The notes beneath the pieces were generated by a model, which saw nothing but the letters and a program-made list of their open reading frames with translations, ran no database searches and was not told where the DNA came from. Positions 58,520 to 64,000 of a DNA stretch of 64,000 bases are shown here, piece after piece. The translations under genes were made by a program, and so were the position numbers. This DNA comes from Candidatus Omnitrophota bacterium (GTDB lineage: Bacteria; Omnitrophota; Gorgyraeia; Gygaellales; Profunditerraquicolaceae). The DNA is taken from positions 375,221 to 439,220 of the forward strand of contig QZKH01000003.1 in NCBI GenBank assembly GCA_003598025.1, read 5' to 3'. Numbering within the stretch: the stretch's first letter is position 1; every line of letters starts with the position of its first letter.

Positions 58520-59719
58520 CTACCTTACCAACTCCCCGCGAAAGGCTTTAGCTAAAATGGACTGCTCCAGCTTGTCGGTATAACCCTTTGCCTTATTAAA
58601 CTCATTCTCATTCTTTTCAATAAAAGCAAAGGATGATTTGAGCCTCTTTACAATTTCTTCTTGTTCATCGATAGGCGGCAAAGATATCTGTAAGTTTTTA
58701 ACTTCTTCACTGTTAATGTTGTTTACGCCACTTGTTGAACGCGCCGGTAATTCAATCTGCAATCTCATCGCATACGACTGAAATTGATATTGTAAAAATT
58801 CCGGTAAAATCAGCTCTTTATTTACCCTAAGCCGGATCAAATAACCAGCATACGCCATGCTTTCTTCTTTATCGGTAACCAGTGCCGTTCGGCCAACAAG
58901 CGAAACGCTTCCGTTTGAGCGGATTAACAAGATATCACCAGGTTCAAGTTTTAGGCTTTCATACTCTTTCTTATCCAGATCGGCGTATTTCAAATCATCC
59001 AGGTCGATATACCCTTGCACAACGTTCGGAATTCTCAAGACCGGATGCTTCTTTTTCTCTTTGAAGCATTTTTTTGCTGTCCCATATTTCAGATCATTGA
59101 GCACTTCTCCAAGTCTAACTTCCCGCCATTCTTCTTCATCCTCCTTTTTCTTCCACGTCTTGGTCAGCTCGCCGGAGAAGGCCGCGGCAAGGACAGATTG
59201 ACGGAAACGATTCAAGATGACAGGAATTGTGTCGAGGCGGGATTGGGCGTCTTTGACTTTAGGCAACAGTGCCTTTAACTTAGACAAAATTTTCTCTCGT
59301 TCTATCGGAGTAGGTAATGGCATAACTAGCTTATTGATATCACCTACAGTTAGCATCGGTATAGCTCCACCCTTCGTAAGCTCTCTCCAATTAATTGTTT
59401 TGAGCCACAGGCAACAATAATCTGTGAGTGCTTCATCACGTAGCTTTAAAGCGATAGTTGTTTGTGTAGATGCAAAACGATCGTTCTTTGGAATTTTTGG
59501 AAAACCAATAGATCCTCGAGCCGAAACAACAATAGTCCCTTTAGCATGAATTTTCTTTGGTTTTTCCAAAAATCCCCAGGGAGTGTTATCCATGCCTGCA
59601 GAATATACGGGAATCCCGCTCCCGGTGAGGTCTTTTGCTAAAATAGTTTCTCCCATTCGAGCGTCAGCAACTTCACTTAATGGTAATTCGTCCCATCCGT
59701 CTGGTAAATTATTCTCCAT
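58520..59719 (-). CDS. hsdS: Type I R-M specificity subunit
   Basis: LPDGW, two TRDs with conserved helices (RQSVLAAAFSGEL, LPPIDEQEEIV, QSILAKAFRGEL). Confidence 0.93.
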   Translation of the reverse strand: MENNLPDGWDELPLSEVADARMGETILAKDLTGSGIPVYSAGMDNTPWGFLEKPKKIHAKGTIVVSARGSIGFPKIPKNDRFASTQTTIALKLRDEALTDYCCLWLKTINWRELTKGGAIPMLTVGDINKLVMPLPTPIEREKILSKLKALLPKVKDAQSRLDTIPVILNRFRQSVLAAAFSGELTKTWKKKEDEEEWREVRLGEVLNDLKYGTAKKCFKEKKKHPVLRIPNVVQGYIDLDDLKYADLDKKEYESLKLEPGDILLIRSNGSVSLVGRTALVTDKEESMAYAGYLIRLRVNKELILPEFLQYQFQSYAMRLQIELPARSTSGVNNINSEEVKNLQISLPPIDEQEEIVKRLKSSFAFIEKNENEFNKAKGYTDKLEQSILAKAFRGELVR

Positions 59720-61115
59720 TACTCTCCAGCTCCGCTACGATTTCTTTAAGGCTGTCAACAACCGTTTCCAGCTCTGTAATAGCTTCGGATGCCAAAACCT
59801 GCGGCTCCGGCAAGTCCTCCGGATTATCCAATGACTCATCCTTAAGCCATGTTACATCGAGCTTATAGCCGCGATCCTTGATCTCCTTAATGTTGAACCG
59901 ACGAAAACGTCCATCGACGCCAAGGTCTGTCCTCTTGCTCTGCCCATTAGGATCGGAGCCGTAACACTTCTCAAATTCTTTAAAGTGCTCCCCTGAAAGC
60001 GGCCGATCCTTTTTAGTTATTCCGGGCACGTTGGAGCGACCGTCGAATATCCAGACATTCTCCGTAGGCAATCCCTTCTGGAAGAAAATCACGTTCGCCT
60101 TCACTCCTTGGCTATAGGGCGTAAATGTCCCTCTGGGCAGGCGTAAGATCGTGTGCAGGTTGCAATCCTGTGTCAGAATCTCAATCACCTCTCCGGCCTT
60201 GTCTTCAAAAAGGCAGTTATCCGGTAAAACCATAGCCGCGCGGCCTCCGGGGCGTAGCACATTCACGACGTGCTGAATAAAGTTGAGCTGTTTATTGCTC
60301 GTTGAAATCGTAAAATCATCCCTCTCCGGAGCCTGATTCGCTCCCTTAGTACCGAACGGCGGATTCGTAAGAATACAATCGTATCGCGTACCTTTCATTG
60401 GCTCATAAATAGAATCACCAAGATAAATGTCCGCATGGATTCCGTGTAGGTATAGATTCATCAAAGCAAGTCGGCGCGGCCGGGCAACAAGCTCGGTGCC
60501 GGTGTAAACCTTATTTGCTATCCGTTTAGCATCATCACGCTCAAGACTGCCCTTGGTTTGCTCCATTAGCCACTCATAAGCACAGACCAAAAAGCCCCCA
60601 GTCCCAGCCGCAGGATCATGGATAATGAAGTCCTTTGACTTTCGCGGATCAGGCTTCATGCATTTGACGATTGACTGAATAAGAACACGCGGGGTGAAAT
60701 ATTGTCCGGCTCCCTTCTTGCCTTCCGAAGCAGATTTCTCAAGCAACCCTTCATAAGCGGCCGCTTTAACATCTACATTAAGACTTGTCCATTCGGTTTC
60801 ATCAATCAGGTTAATAAGCTTCTTAAGATTGACCGGATTGGCAAATTTTGAGATCGCTCCAGCATAGATATCCCCAAGCGTTCCTTTTTGTTTGCCAAGG
60901 CCGCGTAAAGCATCCACATAAAAATCAGTTAAATCTGTTCCTGACTTCTCACGCAGGACTGGCCATGAATATTCCTTGGGAATATCCGCACCCTTCTCCT
61001 CTGCCATTTTCAAGAACAGCAAATACGTCAACTGTTCAATATAATCACCGTAATCCACGCCGTCATGGCGTAGCGTGTGACAAAATCCCCATAATTTTCC
61101 GACTACATCGCTCAT
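59709..61115 (-). CDS. hsdM: Type I R-M N6-adenine methyltransferase
   Basis: GQYFTPR, DPAAGTGGFL, NPPFG. Confidence 0.95.
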   Translation of the reverse strand: MSDVVGKLWGFCHTLRHDGVDYGDYIEQLTYLLFLKMAEEKGADIPKEYSWPVLREKSGTDLTDFYVDALRGLGKQKGTLGDIYAGAISKFANPVNLKKLINLIDETEWTSLNVDVKAAAYEGLLEKSASEGKKGAGQYFTPRVLIQSIVKCMKPDPRKSKDFIIHDPAAGTGGFLVCAYEWLMEQTKGSLERDDAKRIANKVYTGTELVARPRRLALMNLYLHGIHADIYLGDSIYEPMKGTRYDCILTNPPFGTKGANQAPERDDFTISTSNKQLNFIQHVVNVLRPGGRAAMVLPDNCLFEDKAGEVIEILTQDCNLHTILRLPRGTFTPYSQGVKANVIFFQKGLPTENVWIFDGRSNVPGITKKDRPLSGEHFKEFEKCYGSDPNGQSKRTDLGVDGRFRRFNIKEIKDRGYKLDVTWLKDESLDNPEDLPEPQVLASEAITELETVVDSLKEIVAELESNGE

Positions 61116-63802
61116 GTAAGCACCGCCTCATTTATTTCTTTTAAGAGTTCATCCAATTTGCCGTCAAAAAGACGGTTGAGTTTTGAATAGCTCATCCCTT
61201 GCCTTGTAAAAATAGGCAAAGTATCGATATCATCCTTCTCGATGAGTAAGTTAGTCACTAAGTGATAGCGAATATGCTCAAGCCATGCGCTTTGCGCTTC
61301 TGAAAATTGATGCTTGGCCTTCACCTTCGTCAAGGCCCGATCAACGCGGCTCTCAACAGTCAGAAGCTCGTCATTTTTAGCCGCGTGCCTGATTATGGAA
61401 ACGATATCGGCGAGCTCCTTGTTATATGCCCGGCGAAGATTGCGCTCGTTAAACTTATCAACCAGATTATCCGGTCTGGTAGCCAGCTTCTCGCGTAACG
61501 CTTTAAGCTCATCTGTATCAAATTCTTTTGGCTTATTGAGCAGAATATCTATGGCGTCGATGTGTTCGGGATTCTTCCGGACAAACTCCTCAAACATCGC
61601 CAGATAATCGGCGGGCTTAAGTTCTTTACCGTCAGCCGCCCTGAATATGACCTCTGAAGTAACAAGATCCTCCGCGGTTTCCGCGATGACAAATTCTCGC
61701 TTGGGCCTCTGATAATTTTCGCAGATATGAAGAAACGCTTCGCCCTGAAGAATCTTGATCGTCCCTGCCCAATTCTTGGAGAGTTTATCCTCAAGTGTCA
61801 TGGCAAAATCAGCGATGTCTTCACCGAGGATATAGTTGAATTCGTTCCTGCTCTCTTGTGTAATATTCTTTGAAATACGCTGGAGCCGCTTGGATAAAAC
61901 TTTGATGTTATATGCCCGGCTTTGATTGTCAGCAATCGCTTGCACAATTTCTCGGATGGTTTTTGAGGGCTTAACCGGAGCTTCAGCAGTGATGCTGGTC
62001 GTTTTCTTAAAATACTCAAGTAACGTACCGCCGAAACAATCAAAAACAGTAAAATGAGTTTTATTGATCTCCGGACAAAGCCTTGTGCCGCGCCCCATCA
62101 TTTGCTCAAAGAGGATTCTTGATTTCACCGGACGCAGAAAAACGATATTCTCTATCTTCGGCACATCAACACCGGTCGAAAGCATATCAACGGTCACAAC
62201 AATGCCGGGATTCTGCCTATTTCTAAACTCTCTGATGCGCTGAAGCGGCCTGTCAACTGTTGGACTGCCGGTTATCTTCTGGACAAATGAATCTCCGCGG
62301 TTAAATTCATCCCGCAAAATCTCAATCAATTGATCGCAATGTGACGTGTGCGGTAAATCGTTATCCGCAAAAATTAATGTTTTGGGAAAATGCCCGATAG
62401 ATGCTTCTTGAGCCAGCAGGTATTTCTTGAGCTCCTGTACGATTTTTTTATTTCTGTCGGGTGCCGTCCACTCTGCCTCATTACTTTCAGGCGCAAGGAC
62501 ACGTTCATCCTCAAGCACATCAAAAACCATCTGGCCGGTTTTAGTGTCTTTTAACCCGACCTCTTCGCCTTCCTTTAAGAAGGCCCCGTTGAATGTAATA
62601 TCGGATTTGATCGCAACCGCATCATAATCAACCAAGAAGCCTTCCTTTACAGCACGTTCGTATTCGTAGCGAAACACAACTTCTTTGAAGAAAGCGGTCG
62701 TATGCGCCGCTGGCGTGGCAGTTAACCCAATCCTGATACCATCAAAATGCTTTAAAGCTTCGCGCCACTTGCTCTCCTCCTGAGCGGTATAACCACGATG
62801 GCATTCATCAGCTATAACCACATCAAAGGCATGAATCGGGATGTCCAACTTTTCATCCGCGTCAGATTCGTCATCCAGATCGCCGGTTGATTGCCCAAAC
62901 ATACCGTCTTTGCCGAAAAGATTGATGCCCATTCTCTGAATGGTGCAGACATAAACAAAACTATCGCGGCTTTTTGGATCGGTCAGATACTCGGTAGGCA
63001 AAACTTTTGGATCGTATTTGATATCCTCATCCAAATCCTCGCGTCTGAAACGTTGGCTGTAAACCTCGTAACACTTGTCAAACTTAAGTCCCGGCTCTGC
63101 CTCAAAACTCGCGAGCGCAGTAACTGCCTGTGCCGCCAGAGCGCGTCTATCCACAAGAAACAATATGCGCTTGGCCAGTTTTGACTTCATCAGCCGGTAT
63201 ATCAGATTAATAATTGTGAATGTCTTGCCTGTGCCGGTGGCCATGGCAACAAGCATGTTGCGCTTTCTGTCAGCGATAGCCTGTTCGATCGCTGAAATTG
63301 CTTCGATTTGATATGGCCGCAAAAATCGGTTGTCTATTGAGTTGCTCTTAAGCCACGCTTTTGCGGCATCTTCATCTCTTGAAAGTAATTCTTCTAAAGC
63401 ATTAGGCGTGTGAATCGCAGTAATCTCGCGAGAACGGTTCAACGGATGGCGCAGATCCTGAAACCAGATGATCTTGCCATTCGTGGAATAGATAAACGGG
63501 AGATGATACTCGCCAAATGTAAACGGGCTATTCTGGAATCCTCGGGCATATCGCTGTGCCTGTTGAAGCACGTTTTGAGGCCCGACTGAAATCTTTTTCC
63601 CTTCGACCGCCGCTAAAGAACGCTTGTCATGAAAAAGAGCATAGTCACAAGGACCTGTTTGCGTAGGATATTCTTCAACGGAACCATGCCCATAAGTCTT
63701 GCCTTCTTCAAAAGGAACGATCGGCCCCCACTTTGAATTAAGCAGGAGTTTGTCGATATATTGCTTTCTTGTCCTATGTTCGTTCCAATTTTGTTCAGGC
63801 AT
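61112..63802 (-). CDS. hsdR: Type I R-M restriction subunit
   Basis: CDYAL..VEGK nuclease motif, MATGTGKT, DECHRG, LTATP, QMMGRGTR. Confidence 0.94.
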   Translation of the reverse strand: MPEQNWNEHRTRKQYIDKLLLNSKWGPIVPFEEGKTYGHGSVEEYPTQTGPCDYALFHDKRSLAAVEGKKISVGPQNVLQQAQRYARGFQNSPFTFGEYHLPFIYSTNGKIIWFQDLRHPLNRSREITAIHTPNALEELLSRDEDAAKAWLKSNSIDNRFLRPYQIEAISAIEQAIADRKRNMLVAMATGTGKTFTIINLIYRLMKSKLAKRILFLVDRRALAAQAVTALASFEAEPGLKFDKCYEVYSQRFRREDLDEDIKYDPKVLPTEYLTDPKSRDSFVYVCTIQRMGINLFGKDGMFGQSTGDLDDESDADEKLDIPIHAFDVVIADECHRGYTAQEESKWREALKHFDGIRIGLTATPAAHTTAFFKEVVFRYEYERAVKEGFLVDYDAVAIKSDITFNGAFLKEGEEVGLKDTKTGQMVFDVLEDERVLAPESNEAEWTAPDRNKKIVQELKKYLLAQEASIGHFPKTLIFADNDLPHTSHCDQLIEILRDEFNRGDSFVQKITGSPTVDRPLQRIREFRNRQNPGIVVTVDMLSTGVDVPKIENIVFLRPVKSRILFEQMMGRGTRLCPEINKTHFTVFDCFGGTLLEYFKKTTSITAEAPVKPSKTIREIVQAIADNQSRAYNIKVLSKRLQRISKNITQESRNEFNYILGEDIADFAMTLEDKLSKNWAGTIKILQGEAFLHICENYQRPKREFVIAETAEDLVTSEVIFRAADGKELKPADYLAMFEEFVRKNPEHIDAIDILLNKPKEFDTDELKALREKLATRPDNLVDKFNERNLRRAYNKELADIVSIIRHAAKNDELLTVESRVDRALTKVKAKHQFSEAQSAWLEHIRYHLVTNLLIEKDDIDTLPIFTRQGMSYSKLNRLFDGKLDELLKEINEAVLT

Positions 63803-63810
63803 ACTTTTCC

Positions 63811-64000
63811 TTATTTGTAAGCGACCAGCTCGCCGCTATCAGCGAAGCTGTAATACTGGTTATCCCCTATAATTAAGTGATCGAGCACTTTGACCTGCAT
63901 CACATTGCCTGCCTGACAGAGCTCCCTTGTGAAATCCCTGTCCTCTTTGCTTGGTTTCGGATCCCCTGATGGATGATTGTGCAAACAGATGATCGATACC
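63811..64000 (-). CDS. radC: RadC/JAB-domain protein (3' part; starts beyond the window)
   Basis: Manual translation: ...ICLHNHPSGDPKPSKED...VLDHLIIGDNQYYSFADSG. Confidence 0.9.
   Translation of the reverse strand, partial: VSIICLHNHPSGDPKPSKEDRDFTRELCQAGNVMQVKVLDHLIIGDNQYYSFADSGELVAYK

Larger units (their letters stand above)
44387..64000 (-). mobile_element. Integrated serine-recombinase element (satellite/IME-like) inserted in the 5' end of miaB; extends beyond the window
   Basis: Abrupt switch from core genes to recombinase, HTH, primase-helicase, ars cargo, type I R-M and radC; junction lies in the conserved TFGCQMN codons of miaB. Confidence 0.85.

Noticed and set aside
1-64000. tRNA, rRNA or tmRNA genes, including as the integration target
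   Set aside because: No cloverleaf or rRNA-like sequence was recognised in the intergenic gaps, and the junction falls in miaB.

Overview
Bacterial chromosomal window in which almost every supported gene is on the minus strand. The host is a diderm bacterium (LptD, PilQ); gene style and pilin cluster suggest Candidatus Omnitrophota, which is an inference only. Positions 1-44390 are core genome: tyrS (partial), rpsA, plsC, a phosphohexomutase, rpe, nadD, proAB, obgE, rplU, RNase E/G, a type IV pilus locus (pilMNOPQ plus pilins), nucleotide-sugar enzymes, lptD, a ROK kinase, two GGDEF cyclases, accD, a heat-shock cluster (HspR-like, clpB, hrcA, grpE, dnaK, dnaJ, two CIRCE boxes), hflX, miaA and miaB. 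From about 44390 to the window end lies an integrated mobile element. Its large serine recombinase gene overlaps miaB and appears to supply a replacement RBS and N-terminus for it. The element also carries a HEPN-like ORF, an excisionase-like HTH gene, iteron-like GACA repeats, a sequence resembling the lambda cosQ-cosN packaging site, a primase-polymerase/SF3 helicase fusion, a six-unit array of bipartite promoter-like repeats, a candidate ~80 nt small RNA, an ArsR-less arsenic resistance cluster headed by a DUF134-type gene with a palindromic operator, an 827-aa putative nuclease, a type I R-M system and a partial radC. Taken together it resembles an undescribed phage-satellite-like element. 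Short 7-8 bp tandem micro-repeats form inverted pairs between heat-shock genes and also occur in frame inside miaB, dnaK and grpE. All calls come from reading the sequence; no database searches were run.
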